Below, piece by piece: positions 14,273 to 26,259 of a stretch of 64,000 nt of DNA. The stretch's first letter is position 1. Every line of letters begins with the position of its first letter. This stretch comes from Eledone cirrhosa (taxonomy: Eukaryota). The notes under the pieces are model-generated. The model was given only the letters and a program-made list of their open reading frames with translations. It ran no database searches and was not told the origin of the DNA. The stretch is taken from contig OZ024743.1 in the NCBI GenBank assembly GCA_964016885.1, forward strand, positions 119,784,001 to 119,848,000, in the 5' to 3' direction. Both the position numbers and the translations under genes were made by a program.

Positions 14273-14363
14273 TTCCTTTTTTTATTTTTTTTTATTTATT
14301 ATTATTTTTTTTTTTTTTTTTTTTCGTGCAATGGCGATACTCGATAACGAGGGGGTAGCCATC
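13152..14363 (+). mobile_element. 5'-truncated RTE-clade LINE (RT thumb/C-terminus plus three C2H2 fingers; open to stop at 14038)
   Basis: Motifs TKVKVYRACVLSCLLYACETW, RLRWSGHLARM..RIPKQLFYGEL and DRNKWR. The 3' terminus GCGATACTCGATAACGAG..GCCATC(ATGT)n is at 14335-14377. Confidence 0.9.
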
Positions 14364-14377
14364 ATGTATGTATGTAT

Positions 14378-14624
14378 GGTTAAACGGGTAGGACCGTTCA
14401 CCGCGATCGCGAGGGGACTCAGTCCGCTGCTGTTTGTAGGCGCCGTCGTCGTCGGCGATCGCGTCGGCGGCGGTCTATCGTTTCGACGGGTCGACCGCCC
14501 ACCGCCTTGCCGGCGTTACGATTCGCGGGGTGCCGACATCGGATGCGCTTCCCCTTCGATCCGTCGTCGTGACCCGTTCCCGTCAGGCTGGATGGCGCGT
14601 GGTGTCCGCAGGTCGCAGAGTGGC
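14378..14624 (+). rRNA. 28S rRNA D2-like fragment (non-functional, retrotransposed)
   Basis: Very GC/CpG-rich. It begins GGTTAAACGGGTAGGACCG..GGGGACTCAG, resembling the LSU D2 entry GGTAAACGGGTGG..GGATTCA. Internal TGCGCTTCC..CGTCGTGACCCGTTC resembles the D2 motif TGCACTTTCC..CGCCACGACCGGTTC. Judged from memory, not aligned. Confidence 0.55.
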
Positions 14625-14733
14625 GTCCCATTGAGAAAACGACCCTCCGCTTATGTCAGGTCACCAGTTGCTACTGGTAATATGTATCCCAGTACAACCT
14701 GTCTCATGGTCGGGTCGTTGGCGACTAAACTGG
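14625..14733 (+). ncRNA. candidate HDV-like self-cleaving ribozyme
   Basis: P2 CCAGT(14689)/ACTGG(14729), P4 GTCG-TTGG-CGAC, J4/2 CTAA, P1-like CCATTGAG/CTCATGG. L3 appears shortened. Confidence 0.4.
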
Positions 14734-15240
14734 CAATCCCACCAAGGTTTCTTGGTGAGGAGGGTGACTTTGGACATCCTGCAGGACTAAAAACAAAACT
14801 TGCCAAAGGGCAAAGGAGCTCTTAAGAGTCAATGGCCATCCAAAATTACCGGGAGAGATGACCCCTTAGCCTTTGTCAAGGCAGAATTCTAGGAGAAGGA
14901 AAACTCTGATATAACACCTGCAACTCTGATGGTGTCCAATGATGTTGAATTGTTCTTCTTTTTGGTAAATATCATCTTGGTTAAGAGAGTGGGACTGGCT
15001 TTGTGCAGTGCCTTTGCTCACTATAAAAGCTTCACGGCACAGGCATTGCTTTATATCTGGAGATCTCTCTGCACTTGTCGTCACATGGTACCAAAGGCAA
15101 AGCACTATGTGTCAATAATTGTCACAAGTGTAGTGTTTGTACCAGAGTTTTCAAGTCGCTGGCTGGACTAAAAAGTCACACTCGTTCAGCGCATCGGATA
15201 TAAAGTAGTGGCCGTACTCGAAAACGAGTTGGCAGCCACC
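14625..15240 (+). mobile_element. non-autonomous bipartite RTE derivative (5' UTR + last C2H2 finger + 3' end)
   Basis: Contains the RTE 5'-UTR-like motif TCTAGGAGAAGGAAAACTCTGA. 15115-15202 encodes CSVCTRVFKSLAGLKSHTRSAH*. It ends CTCGAAAACGAGTTGGCAGCCACC(ATGT)n. Confidence 0.8.
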
Positions 15241-15270
15241 ATGTATGTATGTATGTATGTATGTATATAT

Positions 15271-15767
15271 CTCATGGTCAGGTCGTCGGTGACTAAACCG
15301 GCAACCCCACTAAGCTAGCTTGGAGAGGAGGGTGATATTTGGACACCCTGCGGGATGAAATACAAGACCCGGCAAAGGGCGGAGGAATTCAACAGAGTCA
15401 ACAGCCATCCAAATAGTAGTTTTTTTGTTTTTTTGTTTTTTGTTTTCTTTTATCTGGGAGTGAAAGGCCCCCAGTTGTTGTCACAACAGCTTTCTAGGAG
15501 AGGGAAACTTTGAAAAAAAAAAAACCTGCGGCTTCCGAAGCATCCGATCATGTTGACAAGTTCTCCTTTTCGGGTAGTGTTTTCGATACTCAGAGAGTGG
15601 AATTGGTCGAGTACAAGGCCTTTCCCCACTTAAAAACTCCCCAAGACACAGGCATTACTTGTTCAGGGTATGCTACAGGCTGGTGTGACTGGCGGTAGCC
15701 TAAAAGTGCACCAAACTCTATAATCTGACAAGCGATTGCAATACTCTTAACAGTGTTTGCAGCCATC
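15271..15767 (+). mobile_element. diverged non-autonomous RTE derivative (second subfamily)
   Basis: 15271-15510 is homologous to 14703-14913. It ends GCAATACTCTTAACAGTGTTTGCAGCCATC(ATGT)n. Confidence 0.75.
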
Positions 15768-16679
15768 ATGTATGTATGTGTGTATGTATGCATGTATGTA
15801 TGTACAGTGAGTGGTGTAATCGATGTCGTTGTATGCTATCCAAGGCATGCTTCCTGAGCACCAACTACACCACGGAATGCAGGAACACTCCTAAAAAGCG
15901 ACACCTCCAACCGCAATGATCCACCACAAGAAAGAATATGGAAGAAACATAACAACAAAAATAAGTGCAGAACAGAGACGCGATAAAACTCCAAATAATG
16001 GAGGCGCATTTTATTATGAAGTGGGAGTCTACCCTGAGCCATCGGAATGACTTGGAATCATGGAAACACATGTTACATGCACAGCTGCTAAAGTATTTGC
16101 CAAGCCAAAAAGGATAAATTCTAAAGAAGGATTTTAGATTCGAAAGCGATCACTAACAAACATCACTTACTTAACACTGACCTGAACCGCACGCAACTAC
16201 GATTACATAACTCACTATACATACAAACATGTTACTTGAGATACGCCAACACATTATATATGTATGTATATTGTATTTTATCTAAACTACGCCTCAAACA
16301 GATTTCTTACCAGTGATATATCACCTCTAACGTTATGAACATTTTTACAATTATAACACTCATTTGAGTGACGCCATTCACCGGCAACACCAAAAACAAA
16401 CACGCTAACACCAACACTACAACATCCTGAACGTCAATCGAAGGAATATCTATGCAATCATGTAACTTGCTTGAAATCGAAACAACATTTCCTTCATATT
16501 GACCTACCATCCAAGGAAAAATGGAAAAGGAACCTGATAGTCCAAGATACGCTTTATGAAAGCTGGCCATGGGATAAACATCAACGATACCATATGAAAT
16601 ACTTCAGCCGTCTCTATGACAAAAATCGCAACAATCACCCTTTCTTCACCAACATTATCTCTTCCCATGGTACTCTCAA

Positions 16680-16823
16680 CCGCATTTCCCGGCGCCGAAG
16701 ACACTTCGTCCTCGAGGACGCACCAAAAATTTGAAAAAAAATAATAAACAACCTTCGGCCTCCAGGACGCATGGTAGATTTTTGAGACTTATTTTAGGGA
16801 AAAATTAGCGCCAGGAAATACGG
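16680..16823. mobile_element. pogo/Tigger-like MITE
   Basis: TIRs CCGCATTTCCCGGCG / CGCCAGGAAATACGG, with TA on the right flank. Confidence 0.55.
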
Positions 16824-17594
16824 TAATTATTTGGCAGAAACATTTAAGGTATCTGAAGGAGTAATACAAATAACACTATCAGCAATATTTCAACCACCAT
16901 CATCACTATTACATCCACAACCTTTCCCACAAATTCCAGCACCACCATCAAAACAACTAAAAGTATCCCCATCATCCCTTTTATATTCATCACTGAAATC
17001 CCCACCGCTCAGAATAATCACTGCAACAATAGCCACCCTCCCTATTCTCCCTACCACCACTATCATCGCCACCACCTCTATCACCATTATTACTGCCACT
17101 ACCATCACGCTACCAACACCACCCTACTTAATATGTATTAAAGGGGATTATAACTGTTGTTCCTATGGTCGTTATTTTGATGTTGCCATCGATAGTTGTT
17201 GTTTTTGTTGTTGTTGCTACTGTTGTCTTACAAGAGGCCAACTGCCGTGTTAGTAATTAATGGGAGCAGGATAACTACAATAAGGAGATATAAGAGAAGA
17301 GAGAGGCCGTTATAACAACGGAGAAGAGGCAACACTTTAACGACTTCCTTCAAATAATGAAACATCTATCACGTTAAATCACGATCTGTTTGTCAGCGAG
17401 ATTGAGAGACATAGAGAGCGAGAGAGGGAGAGAGAAGAGGGGGAAAGAAGGAGATAAGGACAGATTGTCAGATTGATGCAAAAGACATCACCACTGACGT
17501 TTGCCATAACAGAAGGACATCTTTAACAATCTTGAAGCTTTATTTAAATGCATTGTGTTCGTGTGTATTTCTTGCTAAAGAAATCCTCCTCCTC

Positions 17595-17660
<66 letters not shown>

Positions 17661-17686
17661 TATTGTTATTATTATTATTTTATTAT

Positions 17687-18078
17687 GGTGGATTGGCAGT
17701 ATCGGTAGAGCGTCTGACACCATGTTTTGCAGCATAGAATTATGGCCCTTTACGGTCTGAGTGTAAAATCCCGCCGTGGTTAACTTTGCCTTTCATCCTT
17801 ACGGGGTCGATAAAATAAAGTACCAGTAATGCACTGGGTAATTGCTGGCCTTGTGCCTAACGTAGAAACAATTATTATTATTGGCGGTGAATTGGCAGTA
17901 TCGGTAGAGGGTTGGACACCATGCTTTCTAGCATAGTTACGTCCCTTTACAGTCTGAGTTCAAATCCCGCCAAGGTTAAATTTGCGTTTCATCCTTACGG
18001 GGTCGATAAAATAAAGTATCAGTAATGTACTGGTGAATTGCTGGCCTTGTGCCAAAAGTAGAAACAATTATTATTATT
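17687..18078 (+). mobile_element. head-to-tail SINE dimer (17687-17882, 17883-18078)
   Basis: Two full main-family copies joined through an (ATT)n tail. Confidence 0.9.
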
Positions 18079-18387
18079 GGCGACTGACTTGTGAAGAGGT
18101 GTTATTATCAGTTCCGAAAGTTGTTTGGAATTGTTGTTTGCAGAATATTTTTGTTGTTAAGTGTGAATATGGCACTATATAGTGCTTTTTGAAAAGAATA
18201 TCAAAGAAGTATTTGGGCTTCTGCCGAAATATTGGAACGTTTAAAAAAAAACGAACATGTCGGACGCCAAAATTTCGTCCGCAAAAGGGAATAGCAGTTC
18301 GTACGATCAAGAGAACAGACACTTTTCTACCAATAGCAGTAGCAGCTATGGTAAAAGCAGAATTATTAACGAAGCACGCTTATTTCA

Positions 18388-20008
18388 TCACCGTAGTGGT
18401 GTCGAGTACCAAACATTGAGTTGATCGGCACTGCTCTCAATGAGTACGAGGTGATAACAGGAACAAAGACTAAACAGGAAACGTCGGTAGACCTTCAGCT
18501 CGCTACTTGGAGAGGTAGATCCATACCATCCAACAGCGTCGTCGAGCGCTGGACGGACTGACCGGATTAAATTGCTAGGGATCTGGTTTGGTCCGGACCT
18601 CCAAATGGACAAAAACTGGGACGAGGTGACGATCAGGGTAGCCTCACTCACACAAAAACGGGCTGAGAGGAAGCTGACCCTGAAAAATAGGGTGGAAGCG
18701 GTGAACGCGTTTATCGCGTCCGTCATCTACTACCACCTGACCCTCGTGCCATGTTTTAAGTCTCGCTTGACTGCACTGGATCGTTCGCTATTTCGCCTTT
18801 TGTGAAAGGCACGCGCTCTGATTGTCACGTGTTCCATCTGCTATCAACACTCGCTACGTGAAAAGCTGGGCTGTCCGTGGCTTTTGTTGCGAAAACTTCC
18901 GCTGAGGCTACAACATATCCTGCTCTTCCTTGACGATGAACAGTTGTGGTCGCTGTGTGCTAGACGCGTTTATCCCCAGCTCGACTCCTTGATGGAGCTG
19001 CAGTCTTGGGTCAAGCGAAGACTGAGTGGAAGCACTTAAAGACAGGAATGTCTTCAGGCGCTCACAGCCCTCAGCCAATCGGGCACTACGGTCAGTGGAA
19101 ACTCTACATTGGCGTCATAAAGAGGGTCATTGGAGGGTAAGAGCGAAGACTTCCTTGGGGAGACCCTGGGCCTCGATTAAAATCTACTAGCCAATCTATT
19201 CCGGAATAATTTCGGGCCAGGGCCCATGGACAATTTCCAGAAATCCCTGGCCCGGCAGTGCTACCGTGGAGCTTTGCCAGTTCGGGATAAACTCTACAGG
19301 CATGGAAGTGGCGTCAGCGGGACCTGTCCAAGATGCGCGCAGGGCAACGAAACCCTCCTGTCCGTATTCGTCGAGCGTCCGATTATTGCTGACTTGTGGG
19401 TTCATGTCGAATACCTGCAGTCACATGTAAGATGGATCCGGCTATCATCTGAGTCCATCGTGATGATTATCCCGCTGCCTTCATTTAGCCGGGAGGGCAG
19501 GCAGTTTGGTGAAAGAGATCGTGTGGTAGACACGTTTGAAAGGGCAGAAAATGAGTTTTCAGCTCTTCAGCGAAGCCCTGATTAGCTTTTTCAAATTTCA
19601 TTTGAAAAGGAAAATCAGGGTGGGGAGGGAAGTCCTCCCTTCCCATCAGTTTGTTGAAAGATGGGTGAGAGAGGCAAGCATGGCCAGACTGAATAGACAC
19701 CTGTAGATTGGAGAGGGAAAATTGGGAGAGGCCACTTGCCCTCGTAGTCAAGGTCACCGTGGATTTTTGTAGGCTTTCTCCACGAGTGACCCTCGGAAGT
19801 CCACCCCACCCTTATTGATGAATATTCCTTTGTTTCGGATTTTTTGTTACATCTTTTGTTTTAGTTTTTCTTTTTATACACACGCACACACACATATACA
19901 CACAGAAACCCATATTTGTACCGTCCTGTACTCTCCTGTGCTGTTCTTAATGTATTCTTTTGTAAACCCTTTGTGGTTGATAAAGAAAACATTATTATTA
20001 TTGTTATT
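18388..20008 (+). mobile_element. older, degraded 3' fragment of the L1/Tx1 family found at 37.3-43.1 kb
   Basis: Colinear with 41505-43135 (LGIWFGPDLQMDKNWDEVT; MDNFQKSLARQCYRGALPVRDKLYRH), with multiple stops and frameshifts. Ends ATAAAGAAAAC(ATT)n. Confidence 0.92.
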
Positions 20009-20009
20009 A

Positions 20010-20183
20010 GGGTCGGACGCCATGCTTTGCAGCGTAGTTACGTCCCTTTACGGTCTGAGTTCAAATCGCGCCGAGGTTAACTTTGCCTTTCATCCTTACG
20101 GGGTCGATAAAATAAAGTACCAGTAATGCACTGGGATAATTGCTGGCCTTGTGCCAAACGTAGAAACAATTATTATTGTTATT
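20010..20183 (+). mobile_element. 5'-truncated main-family SINE abutting the LINE tail
   Basis: Starts at GGGTCGGACGCC and has an intact core and tail. Confidence 0.85.
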
Positions 20184-20254
20184 AGAAGTTTTCATTGTGG
20201 AGAGAGAGCTCATCTGTAAAGGTGTACTGTTCCTGGTGACCGAACCTTCTGTCA

Positions 20255-20560
20255 TTTATATTCGCAGATACTTCAGGGAAGAACACCAAGATGCAGTCTT
20301 ATGATTTGGGTATTAATCCTAGTGTTCCTATTACCCCAGGGAGAGTGTTTGTGGCCATCATGCACACACGGTTGATCTCTATTTCTAGATATTTGTACTT
20401 TGACAGTTTCTGATTGTTTTTTGTTTTTTTTTACAGATGGATTCTTGTCAGCTAGTACAGCAGTGTCCCACAGAATAGATATGTTGCCATTTTCCACTAT
20501 TCTTTTGGTTTGATCTTCATACTATTTGTTGCAGATTTTGATGACATGAGAGCAACAGAG
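20255..20560 (-). mobile_element. degenerate R4/Dong-like RLE fragment
   Basis: Minus strand reads ENGNISILWDTAVLADK and KYKYLEIEINRV, resembling the RLE region of R4-type elements. Confidence 0.5.
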
Positions 20561-21181
20561 CATCCAGTGTACATACATGTTATTGCAAAGCAAGTAGAAT
20601 TGACGGCTAAAAAAGGATATGGGTGATGCATCTTATTACAAGTCAGCAACACGAATTTGTGTATCAATTCTCTCTACTTCACTGATATTTTCTTCAATAG
20701 TTTTTTTGTTCTTCCCTATTTCTCTGTAAAATGATTTGGCATTGAATGTGATCAACTTATTCTGCTTGTAAAAATGATTTTCTTATCAAATCTTCATATT
20801 CTTTGAGATTTTACTTGGACCTTTTGTTTCAGTATTTCCTTTACCTGATATCAGTTTTTCTCTTAATGAAAATCCTTATTTTCTCTTCGGCTTTCTTCCT
20901 TTACTGGATCTCTACGTTGTAAATGTTAAAACTCACCGCGGTAAAATTTTCCTTTCATTCTTCAAGAGTCAATACAATAAGTGCCACCTTGTAACACATA
21001 CCCATATATACCCCCATCTGAACATGTGTGTGCGTGTGTAACTATATGTCTGCATCATTTGTTGTTTAAAAATTGTCCCTTTATGGCGTGTACCTTAATG
21101 TTTTGACATATCGAGATTGATAAATAAGTACCGGGATCAATAAAACTATCGCTTTTGAATTAGAAGAATTATCTGTGAAAA

Positions 21182-21331
21182 GAATGGGGTTGTTGATTGG
21201 CAGTATTGTAGAGCGTCGGACACCAGGCTTGGTGGCATAGAGTTACGGCCCTTTACGTTCAAAGTTCAAATCCCGCCGAAATTAGCTTTGCCCTTCCCTT
21301 CAAATTGCAGGCCTTGTGCCTAAATCAGAAC
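21182..21331 (+). mobile_element. internally deleted SINE
   Basis: Head and tail are present and the core is deleted. The 15-bp TSD AATTATCTGTGAAAA lies at 21167 and 21332. Confidence 0.8.
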
Positions 21332-21647
21332 AATTATCTGTGAAAAAAATGACGTGTGTGGTGAAAAGACATTCAGCTATTCTGCTGTAGACAGAGAACA
21401 AAAGACAACAATCTTATGCCTGCATTTTAGATATTCTTTTCTCTTCATCAAGGAAAAACTACCTGTGATATTGTGACGGCAGAATATTGCTATAACTAGG
21501 CTATATGTGTCATAGAGAATATCGAAATTATCTGAAATGCTCAGTCTAATTTGCACATGTCGTTCATACCTTTATTGACATATATTTATAGTAGAACATA
21601 CGGTAGTTATTTAGAACTTAACTTTATTTCAAATCTTCAAATATACA

Positions 21648-21701
<54 letters not shown>

Positions 21702-21707
21702 GTATAT

Positions 21708-21821
21708 ACATGGACACACTAGAAGAGGAAGACCAAGGTTATGTTGATGCCCTAAGGACAGACACTGGTCTGTTGGAGACGCAGGACATGGCAGCGATAA
21801 TGTCCATGGATCTCGGGAATT
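21708..21821 (+). mobile_element. RTE 3' fragment (same family as 54443-54800)
   Basis: [21 protein letters not shown] is identical to the 54.5-kb copy, with an internal deletion. Confidence 0.8.
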
Positions 21822-21970
21822 TTACCCGCCTTAGATAGATAGATATGTATATATATATATAATCACACATATATACATATATGTATATATGTATATGTGC
21901 GTGTGTGTATGTGTGTATATATTGTGTATATATTATGTATATATATATATTATATATAAAAATATTATAT

Positions 21971-22159
21971 ATAATTGTTTCTACTTTTGGTACAAGGCCA
22001 GCAAATACCCAGTGCATTACTGGTACTTTATTTTATCGACCCCGTAAGGATGAAAGGTAAAGTTAACCTCGGCGGGATTTGAACTCAGAATGGCAAGGGC
22101 CGTAACTCTCTACGTCAAAGCATGGTGTTCGACCCTCTACCGATACTGCCAATCCACCA
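21971..22159 (-). mobile_element. main-family SINE
   Basis: Reverse-complement full-length match. Confidence 0.88.
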
Positions 22160-22299
22160 TATAATACATGCACATACACAGATACACACACTTATGTATA
22201 TATATATATATATTAAATGTATTCATGCTTGTGTGTATATAAATATGCATGTCCTTGAGAGTGCTTGCATATATGAGTATGTACGTATGTATGTATATT

Positions 22300-22389
<90 letters not shown>

Positions 22390-22420
22390 TGTATGTATGT
22401 ATGTATGTATATATATATGT

Positions 22421-22821
22421 TGTTAAACCTTTTTTTGGGGGGTCATGCTGCCAATAAAAACACGCACCTCTTGGATTTCAATTCAATTTATTATAAATTT
22501 CCGGTTCGTTGGTTGGTTCGATAACATTTTGTGACCCCCTCAGTGACTAATGTTTATATTTTGTGTCTCTCCTTTGTTCTGTCATTTTGTGTCTCTCCTT
22601 TGTTTTGTATGTTCTGTCACAACACAAAATAAAAACTTAGTCACTGAGAAGGTCACAGAATGTGTGACGAAATATATTTGACAATACATAAGCAACCATG
22701 CGGCTATCAAACCAACCAACCAGAAATTTATATTAATTTGAAGTGAAAACCAACAGGTGCGTGTGTTTTTATTGGCAACATGAGCCCCACCCCCCACCCC
22801 CACCCCCCAAAAAAGTATAAC
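22421..22821. mobile_element. foldback/MITE-like element with long imperfect inverted arms
   Basis: CATGCTGCCAATAAAAACACGCACC..CTCAGTGACTAA is mirrored by TTAGTCACTGAG..GGTGCGTGTGTTTTTATTGGCAACATG. Confidence 0.7.
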
Positions 22822-23422
22822 AATATCTGTTTCAACACACGTTTTCAGATAAGAAATCTTGCAAAACAAATTCAAAAACGAAGTATATATATATACACAT
22901 ACATACATACATGCATGCATACATGCATACACATATATATATTATATAAATACGTATGCATGTATGCATGCATGTATGTATGTATATATACTTCGTATAT
23001 ATATATTATATATATATATTTGTATGTATGTATGTATGATCTATTATACACATATATCAGAAACACACATACAATTAGATATAAGTATAGTATATCAACG
23101 TTTGTCAGTGTGCCATTAGATCGAATGTCACTGCACTTGGCTGCTGACACGACTGATGTGGATCTTGACCCCGGGATGGGATGCGGTGATGTTCGGAAAT
23201 TAAATCTCAACAAGATGCCAACCGACGTTTGATGGCTTATTTTAGGAGTCAGAAGCTGCAGCGGAAGTATATTCTCTGTGATCTGTGTGCAACGTGAAGC
23301 AAAAAGGCTTCGGCTGGACGGACTGACAAGCAAAGTGTAGTTACGATGTTAAAGAAGACAAGGCAAGGCAAGGCAATTTTACCAGCCAACCAATAACATA
23401 TCACACCACGCTCTGTATTCAT

Positions 23423-23507
<85 letters not shown>

Positions 23508-23593
23508 GTGTGTGGGGGGGAGTGCATATATATATATGCACACCCACACACACATATATGTATATGTATATGTATATGTGTGTGTCTATATTC

Positions 23594-23639
<46 letters not shown>

Positions 23640-23688
23640 ATGTGTATATATATTATACATATATATATATATATATATATATATGTGT

Positions 23689-23719
<31 letters not shown>

Positions 23720-23756
23720 CATATATATACACATATACATATACACACATACATAC

Positions 23757-23818
<62 letters not shown>

Positions 23819-23827
23819 TATATACAC

Positions 23828-23894
<67 letters not shown>

Positions 23895-24192
23895 TATACA
23901 CATATATATATACACACATACATATATCTATATATATGTATATATACATATATATATACACATACACACACGTATATATATATACATGAATATAGACACA
24001 CACATATACATATATGTGCGTGTGGGTGTGCATATATATATATGCACTCCCACACACACACACACACACACATTATATATATATATATTTATCATTGTTG
24101 TTGTTGTTTTTATTATTATTATTAATATTATTATTATCATTATTTGCCATTCATCTGTTTTTTTTTCTTTATCATCAACATCATCGTCTTCT

Positions 24193-24275
<83 letters not shown>

Positions 24276-24282
24276 TTCTTCC

Positions 24283-24314
<32 letters not shown>

Positions 24315-24539
24315 TCCTTCCTCTTCTTCTTCTTCTTCTCCTCCCCACCCTACCCCTTGCTATGTATCTTTCTTCTCATTCTTTACTTCCAAGCACTCCA
24401 CCTCATCTTCTTCCTTATTGTGCTATACATCAACACATAAACAAGGAATACACTTACACGCTTACACTACCAGATAATGGCACACACGTTAATAAGGCGT
24501 ATAGAGACGAAAGCCAGCCTGTATGGACACAGAAAATTA

Positions 24540-24622
<83 letters not shown>

Positions 24623-25570
24623 ACGCGCGTGCGCACACATACACCCACACACATATACACATACACAACACAGACACACACACAAACATACACATACAAA
24701 CACATATACAGACAGAAACACACACACACATGTATATATACACACACACACATACACACACGCACACAAACATACACATACAAACACATAAACACACACA
24801 TAAACACACACATAAATACACACACACACACATACATACACACAAACAAGCATACACATACAAACACAAATACGCAGATAAACGCACACACACACACACA
24901 CACGCATACACACAAACAAACATACACATACAAACATAAATGCACACAGAAACACACCACACACAACCCCCCCCCCCCCACACACACACACACATACATA
25001 CATACATACATACATACACGCAAACAAACAGACACATACAAACACAAATACACACATAAACACACATGCACACAAAACGACACATACATACACAATCAGA
25101 CATATACACGAAAACACACATACGAAAACAGAACGAGGGAGAAAAAAAATGAAAAAGAGAGAGAAGTGGGGTGGTATTACTCTTATATGAACGTATTGCC
25201 TTTTCAAAACCCTCTATGTATGTCTTTATTTTTTTCTTACTCTTGTCGTCGTTTCCGGTGTGTCAGAATTCGTATACAACTCTATTGTGGTCGCCATTTT
25301 CTAACAGTTCTAAAACTTTTTGTTTTGCTCTTACAACGATTTCGTGTTGATGATGAATATTTTTGAGTTGTTGTTGCTGTTGGCACTGCTTTTACAAGCA
25401 GTGAAATAAAACTACGGAAAAGCACACACACTTACGCACACAAACACACACGCGTACGCGTGCACTCGTACACACACATATGTTTGTATGCACCTATATG
25501 CATATATGTATATGAGTGTATGTATGCACGGATGTATACCTGTATGTATCTGTATGTATACATAGTCACA

Positions 25571-25612
<42 letters not shown>

Positions 25613-25710
25613 TCAGCCTGCGTCTATGTAAAATTATATATAATCACATCTATCTATTTATGTTTACCTCTCTCTCTCTCCCTCCTATTCTCTATTTCGC
25701 TTGACTCACA

Positions 25711-25862
<152 letters not shown>

Positions 25863-25921
25863 CAAAATATACATGTGTATCATCATCATCATCATCGTTT
25901 AACGTCCATCTTCCACATATA

Positions 25922-25962
<41 letters not shown>

Positions 25963-26007
25963 AAGTTAAATAAAAAATCAAATGATTAAAATTTAGCTTC
26001 GTTTATT

Positions 26008-26063
26008 ACTGCTATATATATTTCAGTGACAGCCATCTTTGGCTGTGACCTCTTCAGGCACTT
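26008..26063 (-). ncRNA. type I minimal hammerhead ribozyme motif
   Basis: Minus strand UGC-CUGAAGA-GGUCACAGCCA(AAGA)UGGCUGUCACU-GAAA-UAUAUA-UA-GCA, with an intact core and palindromic stem III. Confidence 0.7.
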
Positions 26064-26190
26064 TGAATTAGTATGGTATCCATACCATACTAATTCAAAC
26101 TGCCTGAATATATATATATAAGGAAAAAAGATGAAATCGAAAATGCAACTGGAGTCTTATTTTTAAAAATATATATATATTTATTTGGTT

Positions 26191-26227
26191 CCTTTACCGG
26201 TTTCGCAGTTCTTCTGCTCTTCAAAAG
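26191..26227 (-). ncRNA. minimal hammerhead motif (C3U variant)
   Basis: Minus strand CUU-UUGAAGA-GCAG(AAGAA)CUGC-GAAA-CCGG-UA-AAG. Confidence 0.6.
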
Positions 26228-26259
26228 TAAAGTTGAGATGGAGGGTCTGTGGTTTTTAT

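Noticed and set aside
14187-14825. 212-aa ORF
   Set aside because: It is a chance frame across microsatellite, a GC-rich rRNA-like segment and an RTE UTR.
15830-16670. possible degraded LINE coding remnant
   Set aside because: There is only a faint resemblance to an RT thumb with many stops, so the family cannot be assigned by eye.
24014-25366. 450-aa ORF
   Set aside because: It is built from (TCT)n and (CA)n repeats and has no domain.
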